This document shows positions 45,246 through 58,848 of a DNA stretch of 64,000 bases, piece by piece. The stretch's first letter is position 1. The number at the start of each line of letters is the position of its first letter. The notes beneath the pieces are model-generated. The model had not been told where the DNA came from and made no database searches. It saw nothing but the letters and a program-made list of their open reading frames with translations. Source of the stretch: the human T2T-CHM13v2.0 reference genome, Homo sapiens; assembly GCF_009914755.1 (NCBI RefSeq), contig NC_060927.1, one strand, 5' to 3'. The position numbers were made by a program, and so were the translations under genes.

Positions 45246-46091
45246 CTTCATACACATTTAGATTTGAATAGATAAAGAAGCAAAGATGCCAAAGTCAAGT
45301 TCCCACCTGATTTAAGTCATGGATCAAATTCGTTATTATAAGTACACCCAATGTCTCTGGTCTCTTTGGAGAAAATATTCGCTTCATAACTTAATTTTTC
45401 AGATCAACTGAAGCATTTCTGTTAAATTCAGAAGTCTGCTGTATTTGAAACATTTCTGATTAAACTCTTTTGTTATACACCTTTCTTGCTTCTCGAATGA
45501 AGCACCTGGGACATAATTAACCTTTTGACAATGAGTCAGTGTCACAGCAAATTGTCTGATATTTATAATAGTGATGCTGAGTCACTGGGGAAAGGTTAAA
45601 TTATGTGCCACACTCTTGTTTTTCTACCAAGGCAGGATATAAATAAAGAGCTGTCTGCCACCCCAGTAAAGAGCTTCACTCCATTATGGTTTTTGAGTTT
45701 TGGTGTTTCTTTAAAATGTTATTATATCTCCTTCTCTTTCAGAGTCTATGTTGTCTTAGCATTGACTTCCCAAAGCTGCATTATAAAAGATCCATTAATA
45801 AGAATAGTACCTGCATAATCTTGCCTCGTTGTATTAACAGGAGTAGAAATATATTTTCAAAGGTCTGTGCTTATTTATAATAAAATGAGTCAGATCTTAT
45901 GAAGGGAGTACTACTTTTAAGATTACCATTGCCACACTAAAGGACTATTGCCAGGAAGGGGGTCTGTTCAAACTATACCAATTTATTGTTATTTGTGGAC
46001 CAAATATGAATTATTTTCATTCAACATGATTACAAAGTCAAGTTAAACCCCAATATTTTTTGAATATATGGCACTTAAGAATTTAAATATT

Positions 46092-46374
46092 GGCCGGGCA
46101 TGGGGGCTCACACTTGTAATCCCAGCACTGTAGGAGGCTGAGGCCGGCTGATCTCTTGAGCCAGGAGATAGAGACTAGCCTGGACAACATAACAAAACCC
46201 CTCCTCTACAAAAAAAAAAAATACAAAAATTAGCCAGGCATCTGTAGTCCCAGCTGCTCAGGAGCCTGAGGCAGGAGGATCACTTGAGCCAGGTCAAGGC
46301 TGTAGTGACCTGTGACTGCACCACTGTAGGCCAGCGTGGGCGACAGAGTGAGAGCCTGTCTCAAAAAAATAAAA
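46092..46374 (+). mobile_element. AluJ with small internal deletions
   Basis: ggccgggcatggggg..ggaggatcacttgagccaggtcaaggctgtagtga. Confidence 0.9.
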
Positions 46375-46599
46375 ATTTATTATAATACCTGTACTGTGTT
46401 TTATAGAAATGTGGTGGAACATTTCTTGTTTTGCTCAGGAATTTTTGAATTTTTGTATTTTCAGGACTGTTTTAATTAAGTACCAACGTAATTCCATTCA
46501 TAGGGCATGTTGTATATTATAGGCATACTATTATTTACAAAAAGTTGATTTTGAATTAAATTTCATTTGAAAACTGTTAATAAAAAGTGGTGTAAATCA

Positions 46600-47200
<601 letters not shown>

Positions 47201-47254
47201 AGAGAAAATACTATTTTGTTCATAATTTTCCCAGTGGGAAGGAAGAAAGTGTAG

Positions 47255-47460
47255 CTCCTACTGTTGGCCTGATACTCTGCCAGCATTTTACATATTAACC
47301 GATTTAATCTTTACTGTAATTCTATGAATTAGGCATTACTGTCCCCATTTTACAGCTGAGGAAACAAGCTCAGAGAAATTAACTAACCTAAGATCACACA
47401 GTTGTTAAATGATGGAATCAAGGTTTGAACTAAGCTTCAACTCTTAAAAGCCATGTTCTT
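47255..47460 (-). mobile_element. MIR
   Basis: Core ccccattttacagctgaggaaacaagctcagagaaattaa..aagatcacacag..ggtttgaac. Confidence 0.85.
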
Positions 47461-47787
47461 GTCCTTCTGTGATATGGTGATACAAAGCCCTAGTTGATAG
47501 AAACATTGGGCTCCATGATATCCTATTTTTCTGCCCCTGTGATACATTTATATCAGTACCAAAATCTCAAAATACATACTTATAAAATAATTTGTCATGT
47601 TAAAATTTTTCCAGAAAGAGAGTTGAGGTATTGAGGTATTGTAATGAAACAGAAGTGGGTATGACAAAATGTTGCAGTAGAGTTTCAACTGTGATTTAAT
47701 AGCAAATAAATGCTTTAAGCCTGCTTCTTTGAAATTAACAAAGGAGTTATAAGTTTTGTTTTAGACCTTGATTTAAGAGCTCAAACT

Positions 47788-47950
47788 TAGCTGGGTGTGG
47801 TGGTATGTGCCTGTGGTTCCAGCTACTCAGGAGGCTAAGGTGGGAGGATCACTTGAGCCTGGCAAGCAGAGGTTGTTGCAGTGAGCTGAGATTGCGCCAC
47901 TGCACTCCAGACAGAGACAGACCCTGTCTCAAAAACAAAAAACAAAACAA
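47788..47950 (+). mobile_element. Alu right arm only (5'-truncated AluJ or FRAM)
   Basis: ttagctgggtgtggtgg..gaccctgtctcaaaaacaaaa; flanks share ctcaaact. Confidence 0.9.
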
Positions 47951-48084
47951 AACTCAAACTCCTTTAGTTTTGTAATTCAACCTCATAAGCTGTCCAATAA
48001 GCTAAATGAAAACTAAGTTTTAGAGTACATTCACTTTTGTAAGAAAGCTGCCAAATGTTTTTCTCTTTGTAAGAAAGAAAATCT

Positions 48085-49375
48085 TTTCGATAACATTTAT
48101 TGAACACATACTCTGTATCAAGTACAGTTGCCAGAAATACAACAGTGAGCCAGACAGGCAACTTTGCCCTTATGTAACTTGCATTCTAATCAGAGGAGTA
48201 CTATATACTATGTCAGTGATAAGTGTCATGATGTAAAGTACAGCAAAGAAGGGAAATAGGAAATGTGGAAGACCACAGAGGAAGGATTGCAAAGTTGAAA
48301 TGTGTTCAGAGAGGGCTCGCTGAACAGGTGGCACCTACAGACCTTCTCTCAAATGAAGGTGATTGAGCGAGCTGTGCAGATGTCTGGAGAAAAAGCTTTC
48401 TGGACAGGAGGAGCAGCCAAGTGCAAAGGCCATGAGGAGGCAGCAAACTTGGTGTCCCTGTGGAGCAGCAGGGAAGACAGTGTAGCTGGAGCAGAGTCAG
48501 TAAAGGGGAGAGTAGCAGGCAATGAAGTCACAGTGCTAATGGGTTTTTGAAGGGGAATGGTGGTGAACAGCAGATCATATAGTCCTGTAGGGTTTTGTAA
48601 GAACTTCAAAGTTTTTTCTGAATAAGATGGAAACCCACTGAAGGAATTTGAACCAAAAATCTCGATAATCCTGATTCATATTTTCACTGAATCACTCTGA
48701 TTGCTGTGAATTTAGACTATTGGGCAAGGGCCAACATAGATACCAGCTAGGAGGTCATTAGAATAACCAGATGGGAGAGAGAGTAGTTGGACTAGAGTAA
48801 TACAGGATGTGCTGATGGCCTGGAGAGGGGTATGAGAGGAAGAAAGGTGTCCAGAGATGACTTAATTATGACTTGAGTGCTCTGAAGGAGGAGGGAAACC
48901 ACAGGAGATGCAGTCAGGTTTTTGTAAGGAGGGATGGGATGGGGATGAGGAGCTGTGTGGACATTTGAGTTTGAGATGCCTGTTGGACATGCAAGTGGAG
49001 ATACTCAGTGGTTGAATACAGATACCCTAGACCAGTATTCAAAGCAGGGGACTGGGCCGCCCATCCAAATTGGGGAGTAGGTTATCAGTGGCGTTTACTC
49101 CTTGAGACAAGACGACATCTCCAAATGTTTGAGTAGAGGTAGAAAAGAGGAGGTACCGAAGTACTGAGGGCTGATACTCACCAGCGTTAAGAGTTCAGGG
49201 GATGGTGGCAACCAGGAAAGGTGATTGAGAAGCAGCAGGAGGTAAGGTAGGAGGAGAAATAAGTGTGGCATCTTGGAGACCTAGTGATGAATAAGCATTT
49301 GAAAGACCTGGGAGTGATCAAGGTGTCAGCTGTTTCTCTTGGGTAAAATCAGATAAGCGCTGACGATTGACTTCA
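48085..49375 (-). mobile_element. L2a, about 1.3 kb
   Basis: aacatttattgaacacatactctgtatcaag start; gatgggaaacc-type aataagatggaaacccactgaaggaatttgaac; tggacatttgagtttgagatgcctgttggacatgcaagtggagat. Confidence 0.85.
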
Positions 49376-49434
49376 GGGATGAGTTTATTATTCATGTGGA
49401 AGATAGAAGATGCCTTTTCCTATTGCTATTCCAG

Positions 49435-49615
49435 GACAGCTCTAGACTTAAAAGTCAGATGAACCGGATTCCGGTCCCAGCTTTGCCTCTAAATCTGAGG
49501 CCTAAGTTATCATCTGACTCTGAGTTCCTGTCTCTAAAAGGCGGATAAGAATACCTACCATTTAAGATCTACCACAGGGGGTTATTATGAAGATCGTGTA
49601 AGATGATGTATAAAC
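49435..49615 (+). mobile_element. MIR
   Basis: agtcagatgaaccggattccggtcccagctttgcc..gttcctgtctctaaaaggcggataagaatacctacc..gatgatgtataaa. Confidence 0.7.
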
Positions 49616-49885
49616 TGAAATAGGTCATGCAAATATAAAATATTATTTTTAAATTATTTGTCATAAGAAACGATGGTGGCCATATTTTGCTTTAATAATG
49701 GAAAAAATGTGGTTAGCATTCTTTGGAAGGTGGTCATCAGATAGTAGACATTTTCTAGGATTTATTTCTACCTGCATATGTGGAAATGTGTACTACTTTA
49801 GATTTATTTAATGGCAGCTAACTCAGAGGCATCAAAATGTGCTAATGGTGTAATATGGCCTTTGTCTTGCTGTTCTGTTTTGTAG

Positions 49886-50166
49886 GCCTTCAATCAAGCA
49901 GGGGCAGGGCCGTACAGTGAACTTGTCCTTTGCCAGACGCCAGCGTCTGCCCCTGACCCCGTCTCCACTCTCTGTGTCCTGGAGGAGGAGCCCCTTGATG
50001 CCTACCCTGATTCACCTTCTGCGTGCCTTGTACTGAACTGGGAAGAGCCGTGCAATAACGGATCTGAAATCCTTGCTTACACCATTGATCTAGGAGACAC
50101 TAGCATTACCGTGGGCAACACCACCATGCATGTTATGAAAGATCTCCTTCCAGAAACCACCTACCG
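49886..50166 (+). CDS. FNDC3B: FNDC3B coding exon (probable exon 22), 281 nt: AFNQAGAGPYSELVLCQTPASAPDPVSTLC...MKDLLPETTY(R)
   Basis: Acceptor ttttgtag|GCC, donor CCG|gtgagt; phase 0 to 2; 93 codons plus 2 nt with no stop. Confidence 0.96.
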
Positions 50167-51582
50167 GTGAGTGCAAGGGAGTAGAAATCTGCATCAGCAC
50201 ATCAGCACTTGGGGATCTAAGTAAACCTCTCGGGGAAAATGACCAAGTGGATGTCATCTCCCAGCTGTTTCTAAGAGCCCAGATGTCCAGAGTATTGTCT
50301 CACCTTGATCCCTCAGGCCAGAAGACCTGTGAAAAAGCCACACTGGTTCAGGGACTCACTGGACGGTTTTGTGTCCACTCTAACCTGCACCGTCTCTACC
50401 CCAGAGTGGACTCAAATCCTCAAGTCAGTCCTCTGAACATTGAAGTCAGAAATTATAAAAGGGCTTTGGCAATATGTTAGCCCAAGAATTTGGCTTCTTC
50501 CAGAAATTGTGCCGACCTTAACAGTGGCTTAAATGATGGTAAAACTTTTAAGAGTTCTAAAAGGATGGCATTGGAGATACGTTGACTTTTATTAAACAAC
50601 CTATAGTTGTTTAATGACTTCTAAAAAAATATCTGGAGCTCAGGGGTTCAACTGAGGGAACACATGTTGAGAATCATTGTTTACTAATTAAATGCCAGGT
50701 AACCGTTGAAATTATCAAAAACATCTTCCACGTACCAGAAAGCACCTCAGAGGATAGTTCTGTTATGGAGAAGATGAAATGGTTTAGTAGTGTAGGAACT
50801 ATGGAAAGGTGAGCTTAGATTTGGATAGTAAAACCTCAAGACCCTATTTAAAAAGTATTTTATGAATGCAGCATAAATAATTTAATTCAGTGTTAATATG
50901 CCAAGGCTAGTATATTGAGCTGAATGTGAAAAGAAACTCACATTGGGAGAATGCCACCTTTTCCTTATAAGATAGCTTTGAAGATACCATTTTAGACAGA
51001 TGGAAATTGAATAGCTTTAGAAAAGGCAAATGTTTGATCTTGGGGAAAAAAAAAAAAAACTTTAGATAGTCTTTGCTGGCCAATCAATAAATTATAAACT
51101 GGACATTACATACTTGAGGTAAAAATAATTCATACTTGCTTTTTCTTTTACATCTTGAAGTAGAGGCTGATTTTTCAAAATAATGAATAGGCTACCAAAT
51201 GAAGGAAAATCAATCAAAACCTTAAAAATTCAAAGTATGTTCAATATCATTCTATAGTAGTTTATTTCTGGTTAACATGTAGGACAGTTTTACATACCCA
51301 TTTCTGTTTATATACAAATAGAAAAAAATTTCAAATATGAATTATCATATTTAAATTGTTTCCAATTTTAATCCATTGTTCACTAAATCTGAATTACATT
51401 TTATGAGTCAGTATTTATCATTTAATAATAGTACATTTTATATTTTATATCATGAAATCATAAACTAAATATTAGGGACCAAGTTCAATTAATATTTTTG
51501 CTTGCTAATGTTTATAACTAAGATATTGGTATGCCCGTATCAGTAAATGAGTATTTTTTCAATAAAGAAATATAAACAATAA

Positions 51583-51605
51583 AAAATAATAATAATAATA
51601 ATAAT
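51583..51605. repeat. (AAT)n microsatellite
   Basis: aataataataataataataat. Confidence 0.85.
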
Positions 51606-52490
51606 TCATACTTAAGACCAACTGGTTTATAGCTTTAGGAATTTTAGTTTCTATAGTACACAATTGGGTATACTGTATAGTATTAATAGAACTCTGGTCA
51701 ACCCACAGTCTTGTTGTTTTATGTTTCAAAAACATAATTGCAGTAATTATAGTGAAATACAAAATGAGTATTTCAGGGAACCAAAGGTATAATTTTGGCC
51801 CAATCAACTTTTATTTCACCTTTTTTCTGTCCTATAAATTGGTTAAAATATAAATGAACAGATCATGATGTTCTAGATAAAAACATGTGGAATGAAACAT
51901 TTTAAGCAGACCATGGAGCTTGGATAAAAGACTTGTTTCTTTTGTTTGATTTTCTTTTTTTTTTTTTTTTAAGCCTTCAGCAGTTACATATTGTTCTCAT
52001 ACCAAGCTTATTCTTTCTCTGTGTTGCCAGGACAGGGTTGTACACCTCTCTAGTAAATGTACTAATGCAAAAAAGCTTCTTCAATGGATCGGTCATTTCT
52101 CCATGGGTGCTATTATAGCAAACTACCCATTGGCTTGCTGACACACTCTGTAGAAATTTCACTAGAATTACAATACTACTTTTAAAGGCATTCCTTTAAG
52201 TTTATAATTGAGTTAGAAATTGAATTTGTCCTTTAATTTGAAGGAAAACAGTATTATTAAAAATGAAAACCTAACTTTGCTCTGTGTGCTTCCAGCCAAG
52301 TAGTCACAGATTTGGCAAGATAAGAGGGTAATCGGATCACCTGGTATCACCCCTTCCCAGTCCTTGGCTTGAGCATCTTCAGTGACAGGGGCAGTGGTTC
52401 TAGCTTCCACTCACCAGGCAGTCCATTCTATTTGTGGATAAACCTCTCTATATCTAAAATCAACTGCTGACCTTAGAACTTCCTCAATAG

Positions 52491-52677
52491 CAGTGATTCT
52501 CAAAGTGTGGTCCCTGGACCAACAGCATTAGCATCACCTGGGAACTCGATAAAATGCAAATTATCAGGCTCCACCCCAAACCTACTTAATTAGAAAATCT
52601 AGGGGGGGGGCCTAGCACTTGGTGCTTTAATTAGCCTTTCAGGAGATTTTGATGCTTATGAAACTTGAAAACCTTGG
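52491..52677. mobile_element. MER5A hAT-Charlie MITE
   Basis: cagtgattctcaaagtgtggtccctggaccaacagcattagcatcacctgggaac..aatgcaaattatcaggctccacccc. Confidence 0.88.
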
Positions 52678-52685
52678 CCCTAGAG

Positions 52686-52800
52686 CAGTGATTCTTAAAT
52701 GTCAGTGTATGTAAGAGTTGCCTGGAGAACCTTTTCAAAATACAGGTGTTTGAGCCCTACACCTGTAGGCCGCAATTGGCCCCAGAGGGGGCCTAAACAT
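52686..52800. mobile_element. Second MER5-family fragment 8 bp downstream of the first
   Basis: cagtgattcttaaatgtcagtgtatgtaagagttgcctggagaacc; spacer ccctagag resembles a hAT target site. Confidence 0.6.
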
Positions 52801-53294
52801 CATTACGTTATAATGTCAGCTGTCTCTTATTTACCCATCCCACCATCATTTACACTGTCTTCATTAGCACAGGTTTTCTATAACTGCCTCCAACCTCTTC
52901 TTTAAATGTTTTCAGGTTTTTGGTGGCCTCGCTGATGTGCAGTGCCCAGACCTCCAGGAATGGTCTGGTTGGCTGGCTCAGAGCAGACCAGGACTATTGC
53001 CTTCCTTGTTCTCCATACTGAGCAGTTAGTGAGGTTGCCTGAGATTACTTTTTTTTAAACAACCTTATTATATGCCTGACTCAGACTGAGCTGGCAGGCA
53101 ACCAAAACTTAAAGTAGATTTGTTTGTTTTGCTCATTTGTACTCCTTTTGCTAAGTAAAAAAGGCTTAAAAATAACATGTATTGAGCCCTTACTATATGG
53201 TAAGCACTATGTTAGGCTGCCCAGAAGTGAATCATAAATCATTTTGTCATAACAAAGTGAGATGGGCTTTACTAGGAGACAAGTTCTGGGTAGT

Positions 53295-53510
53295 TCAGTG
53301 GTAGCAGACGAGTCAGACAGCCTTGACTTCAATCCTATCCTTCATTTATTGTCTCTGCAAACTTTGGGAAGTTATTTAAGCTCTCTGTGCCTCAGTTTCC
53401 TGACCATTAAAAAGGGGATAATAATTTTCACTACTTAACAGAGTTGTTGGGTATTTTGATAAGAGGTCAGGTACCTAGTATGGGGCCTGACACATAGTAA
53501 ATAAATAATC
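53295..53510 (+). mobile_element. MIR
   Basis: ctttgggaagttatttaagctctctgtgcctcagtttcct..gcctgacacatagtaa. Confidence 0.85.
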
Positions 53511-55224
53511 AGAAAATCTGTTGTTAATGTTCGGTAGGGAAGAAATGAACTCAAAGATGGGTTGTGACCAGATTATAGGTAGAGATCTTATCTGTAGAAA
53601 CCTTATCCTTCAAGGTTTTTTTGCCTCCAGAGCAGGGTATGAGAAGAGCAAGTCTCAGTGCCTGGAGCTGGAATGGTGGCATTGGTGTCAAAGGAGCTTT
53701 CAGGAGCAGGAGCTTGGTGGGAGGCCAGTTCCGACTCCTCCTCCAGGAAGCCTTCTATGAATAACTTTACTCGGAGCCCATCTTTTCCCCACCAAAAGGG
53801 ATTTTCGTTGTTTGCTATTATTTCGTACTTAAGACATTTTCTGATGATTATTCTCTTCTTTCATGTTTTTCTTAATTAGATGATAATCTAGGGCAGGGGT
53901 GTTGTAAAAGCCAGCCCATCTTTTGCTTCTCAGGCCCCTCCTACCCTAGCCCTTTACCTGCGGGCCCTCTCAGTCTCCCTCACACCCACACTCTTGACAT
54001 CCCGAGCTCTGAGATGGCCAGTCCTGATGAGGGAAGTCTTCCCAGCTAAGGATGGTTTGTTTCGAAAGTCATTCTTCTTTTAATATATTTTGTAGTAGAA
54101 ATTTGATTATGTATATGTATATATTTAAAGTGCGTTGTAGAAGGCTATGATCTTCTAAAGCAGGAGTGTATTTGCATGTAAAATGTGGTCCTTTAATGGT
54201 GGATTTTTAATCAAAATTTATAAAGAATGTGGTTCTTTGATTTATTTGATTTGTTTAATCAGTAATATTAGTATATTGATGGATATTGCAGACTCCTGGA
54301 AACATGAAGAGATTTTTCACATCAGCCTAGCCAAGAAGAATTTGCTTGGGATTACATTACTTCTCCAAATTGGAAAGGAAAATGCTACTTCCCTTGTACT
54401 TAATTTGCAGAGCTGAAGATTTTTTAAACTGACATAATGCAAATTAAACAAAACAAAGAGACCTGCAGATTTTATCTAAGTTTCAAGATTAGCATGTTAC
54501 TTGAGCTAAAGAGAAAACTTCTCAAGTTTGGGTTTTGGATAGACTCTAATTAATAAAACTTAAAGTTTAGTTTTTATTTTCTGAGGTGAATTCTTGGAGT
54601 GGTTCCTCAGGTTAATGTTTGTTTTGCCCATTAGTCCAATGTCACCTTTCACTGGAATTAGGAAATTATTTTCCCATACTGTGTTTTTCACCCTAAACCA
54701 AAACAAACAGTAACTGCCTTAGTCCTCATTCAGCTGTCTCAGCCTCCTGTGCTCAGAGGCCTTAATATTTTCCCCAGAATGCAACAAGACATCATTTCAT
54801 TCCATTTTATCAGTTCCTCAGTTTTTTTTTTCAATTTTGAATGTTACATCATCATTAGAAATAATTAATGTTAGTTCAGTGCATCAGCTGTACACGTAAA
54901 TGTTCACGTATTTTCGCTGAAACAAAATGTGTTTTTGTAAAAATGTAGGATAGGTTGAATTGAGTATTTTAGAATCTAGGTAGTTGATTTCAGGGCCAGA
55001 TGCTGTTTAAATAATGTGAAGTAAACTTGTTGACTCTTCTAAATGCCTGCTTCCTTGGCAGACGGTCAATGTTGAACTGAAAGTGTGGTTTGAATTAAAA
55101 ATGGTCATTTGGTAGGATTTGTAACCATATTTGGCCCCTGTTACGATATAAGAGTATGGTGTGCCAGACACACAGGCCTTTGCACCTAAAGGGAGTTCTG
55201 CTCACGCCTGGATCTAACATGTGT

Positions 55225-55490
55225 CTGACATGACCTAGCTGAGCTGCAGTTTCTTCAGTTGTAAAGCAGACAAAGTAGCTCCTACCTTATGGGGTCAGCA
55301 TAGAAATCAGAGATGATATTGTAGATGTCAAACCTAGCTTTCAACCCCTAGTAGTCACTCTGTCATTTAGATCAAGTTATTTAACCTCTCTGCATTTAAC
55401 TTTGATTTCCTCATCTCTAAAGGCAGATGTAATAGTAGTTCCCACTCTGTAGTGCATTTTCTGGAACAGAGCAAGTTCTCAATGTGTGTA
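55225..55490 (+). mobile_element. Two adjacent MIR fragments
   Basis: cagtttcttcagttgtaaa..cctaccttatgggg and caagttatttaacctctctg..tttcctcatctctaaa. Confidence 0.65.
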
Positions 55491-55859
55491 GTGATGGTTG
55501 CCATTGTTGTTTTCTTCAGTTCCTGAGATCTTTGTCTCACTCTCACCTTGCTGCGGATGGCCTAGAAAGAAGCCCATCCTTTCAGCTGTTGCTGAGTCCT
55601 TGGCCATTACTTGGAGGAAGTGGGATCAGCAAGTTACTCATGTTGTAAAGTGAGGTGGTGTAATAGTGCAGCCGCAGTGAAGACCTGTCCCTGTGCCAGC
55701 ACTGTTGGGATGGCGTGACACTCTCAAAGAAGTCATCAGGATAATGACTCCAAAAATTAACACTTGAAAATTTGCTAGTGCTTTTGGCTGCCTTGAATCC
55801 TCTCCTGATTTTACTGTGGAGTATAAAATATTAAAAATTGGAAAGTGCTTCTTACATCC

Positions 55860-55990
55860 CTTATCTTAGTTAGGTAATCTTCTTTGTAATTGCAGAAAAA
55901 AGTCACTGTCCCCAATTTATAGATAAGAAAGCTGTTACTTAAAAGTGTTCAATAATTTCCCCAAGGTCTCCAAATTGATGAGCAGGATTC
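55860..55990 (-). mobile_element. MIR fragment
   Basis: tccccaatttatagataagaaagctg..aataatttccccaaggtc..gagcaggattc. Confidence 0.55.
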
Positions 55991-56040
55991 CCAAAGAGGC
56001 TACACTGCTAAAGAGTGTTAAATGCTACCACAGTTTTCTT

Positions 56041-56106
56041 GGTGGTGGTGGTGGTGGTGGTGGTGGTGGTGGTGGTGGTGGTGGTGGTGATGATGGTGGC
56101 GGTGGT
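56041..56106. repeat. (GGT)16 trinucleotide STR with an imperfect 3' extension
   Basis: 16 perfect GGT units at 56041-56088, then gat gat ggt ggc ggt ggt. Confidence 0.95.
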
Positions 56107-56989
56107 GTGTGTTAAGGCTAGGATTATATGCCTAGGAGATACTCAGTGAAAGATTAGAGAACCCTAGAGCTAAAGATATAAAGAACCTAGTACTTACCAA
56201 AATACTAGGGAGGCTTTGAGGAAGGAAATGAATTTACAACAGAAGCCAAAAATCAAATCTAAATTTTTTTTATATCTTGATACTTGTATCTTCTAAACTA
56301 TTTTTAAATTCTTATAAGTGATTTAAATCTCTTAGCATTTTTTTTCTTGAGTATAGAATAGAACAACAATCTTAAGGAACTCATTACCTCATTTTCTTTT
56401 GTGTATTAAAGTAGCTAAGAGCTATTCAGGTGGCACAGAGCAAAGGGTAGGATCACCTAGAATACAAGGTGAGCCAGCAGATGGCAGAAAGGATCTTGGC
56501 CTCTGGAATCTAGGAATGTTTGTACCTAGAGTAAAGGGAAGGAATGGTGGTTTGGACACTGGAAGGACCTTAATATAAACCTTGTAGGTGAGGAAATGTG
56601 TTACACTGTTGAAGAAAGACTAAAACTTAATGTCCGGCTTAATTTCCTTTTCCTGAGAAGGGAAAGAGGATAGTAATTTCTACCATCATGATGACTGCCT
56701 TTTTAAAAAGATTTTTCATTTCCAGTTGCCGAAAAATATGTTACATTCCAATCATAGAAAGAAACTCTTCTATTAATACCATAAAGCAATCTTATAAGAC
56801 TCATATGGGAGGCAAGGAAGAGTTCTAATCTTTCAGTGTTATACCGAGAGACTTATATTGCTTTATCTACAAAAGACTTGATGCAGCCCCAGTGTAATAG
56901 AATCTGGGAAAAGTAAGGCCCTTTGTAATGGAGTTTTTGCTCTGCTTTATCAGAGATGAGTATTTACTACGTTCCAAACTATGAGGAGA

Positions 56990-58005
56990 TATTTATCTAG
57001 TTTTAGGTGATTATAAGTAGAGCTGCTGTAAACATTTGTGTGCAGGTTTTTGTGTGAACATAAATATTAATTTTTCTAGAGTAAATAAATACCTGGGATT
57101 GGGATTGCTGGGTCATGTAATAAGTATATATTTAAAAGGCAACTGTTTTCCTATGTGGTGATGCCAGTTTTCATTATCACTAGTGAAATAGGAGAGTTCC
57201 AGTTGTACCTTATCCCTGCCAGCACTTTTTTAACATAATGGTATTACATTGCGAATTTAGTTTGCATTTTTCTAATGGCTAATGATGTCAAACATGTTTT
57301 TGTGTCCTTATTTGCCATCTGTATTCCCTCTTTGGTGGAGTGTCTATTCTAGTCTTCCGCCCATTTTTAATGGATTATTTCCTTAACTGAGTTTTGGGAG
57401 GTCATTATACATTCTGGTTACAAATCATTTGTCAGATGTAATATTGGCACATACATTCTTCCAGTCTCTAGTTATTTTCATTCTCTTAGCAGTGCAAAAG
57501 TTTCAAATTTTGATGAAATCCAGTTTTTTATTTTTTTCTTTTATGTAAGATCATGCTTTTCATGTCATATCCAAAAACTCTTTACTTAATTCTAGGTAGT
57601 AGATTTTCTTCTGTGTTTTCTTCTTAAAAGTTTAATATTCTACATTTAGATCTGTGGTCCCTTTTGAGCAAAGTTTTGTGTAAGGTGTGAGGTTGAAGCT
57701 GAGGTTTATTTTCCTCCTATTGATATCCAATTATTTCAACACCATTTGTTGAAAAGACTGTCTTTTCTCCATTGGATTGCTTTTGCACCTTTGTCAAAAG
57801 TCAATTGGCCCCATTTGTGTAGGTCTATTTCTGGAGTCTCTATTCTCTTGTATTGATCTAGGTGTTCTTCTCTTCACTGGTACCACACTCTCTTGATTAC
57901 TGTAGCTTTATACTAAGTCCTAAAATCAGGTAGTGTGATTCTTCAAACTTTATTCTTATTTTTAAATTTTGCATTAGCTATTTTAGTTCCTTTGCCTTTC
58001 CACAT
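56990..58005 (-). mobile_element. Old L1 (L1MB/L1MC/L1MD-like) ORF2 C-terminal and 3' region, non-coding
   Basis: gctgctgtaaacatttgtgtgcaggtttttgtgtg; atccaattatttcaacaccatttgttgaaaagact; taccacactctcttgattactgtagcttta. Confidence 0.88.
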
Positions 58006-58019
58006 CACTTTATTTTTTT

Positions 58020-58847
58020 AATGTATAAAGAAAAGAGATTTGTTTGGCTTATAATAAACTGTAGGCTGTACAAAACCTTTGGTTCTGTAGGCTGTACAAA
58101 AAGTGTGGTGCCAGCATATGCTTCTAATGAGCCCTCAATAAACCTTTAATTATTCAGTCCTCCTAGGCCTCTGGAGGAGAGGGTCCATGTCTCCAAGGTT
58201 TGTGAAATGCCCTTTAAGGGCTTTTCCCCATTATCCTGAATATTAGTACCAGGCTCCCTTTTAATCCTGCTAATCTCTCTAGCAAGTGGTTGCTCTACAG
58301 ACTGCATTGATTCTTCTCCTGAAAGTACTCTTTCCTTCTCTACCACATGGCCAGGCTGCAAATTTTCTAAATTGTTACTCTCTGCTTCCCTTTTAATTAT
58401 AAGTTCTAACTTTAAGTCATTCCTTTGCTCCCATATCTGATCATAGGTTGTTAGAAGCAGCCAGGTCACCTCTTGAACACTTTACTCTTAGAAATTTATT
58501 TTGCCAGATACCCTAAGTTATCACTCTTAAGTTCAGCCTTCCACAAAGCCCTAGGACATGGAAACAATGCAGCCAAGTTCTTTGCTCCAGTTCCCAAAAG
58601 TTCCTCATTTCCATCTGAGACCTCCGCAGCATGGCCTTCACTGCCCATATTTCCATCAGCGCTTTGGTCATGACCACTTATTCAGTGTCTAAGAAGTTCC
58701 AGACTTTCCTGTCTTCTTCTGAGCCCTCCAGACTCTTCCAGTGTCTGCCCATTACCCACTTCCAAAGCCAGTTCCACATTTTCAGGTATCTTTATAGCAA
58801 CCCTCTACTCCTCAATATCAATTTTCTTTTAGTTCATTTTGTGTTGC
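58020..58847 (-). mobile_element. MST (MSTA/MSTB-like) ERVL-MaLR remnant: LTR piece (~58020-58150), internal region (~58153-58825) and the edge of the other LTR
   Basis: ataaagaaaagag..ggttctgtaggctgtaca..gccagcatatgcttct (LTR); ccacatggccaggctgcaaattttct and ttccacattttcaggtatctttatagca (internal); ORF 58146..58469 (QRNDLKLELIIKREAE..LENLQPGHVVEKE) resembles the MaLR internal ORF relic. Confidence 0.85.
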
Positions 58848-58848
58848 C

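Noticed and set aside
50167-51095. Possible alternative last exon after exon 22 (immediate CGG TGA stop, AATAAA near 51086)
   Set aside because: The donor gtgagt is strong, and a phase-2 GTGA donor always gives an immediate stop. The A run at 51046-51059 could cause internal priming, and AATAAA is common in this AT-rich intron.
58146-58469. 107-aa minus-strand ORF
   Set aside because: Relic of the MaLR internal ORF, truncated by deletion; no sign of a domesticated gene.
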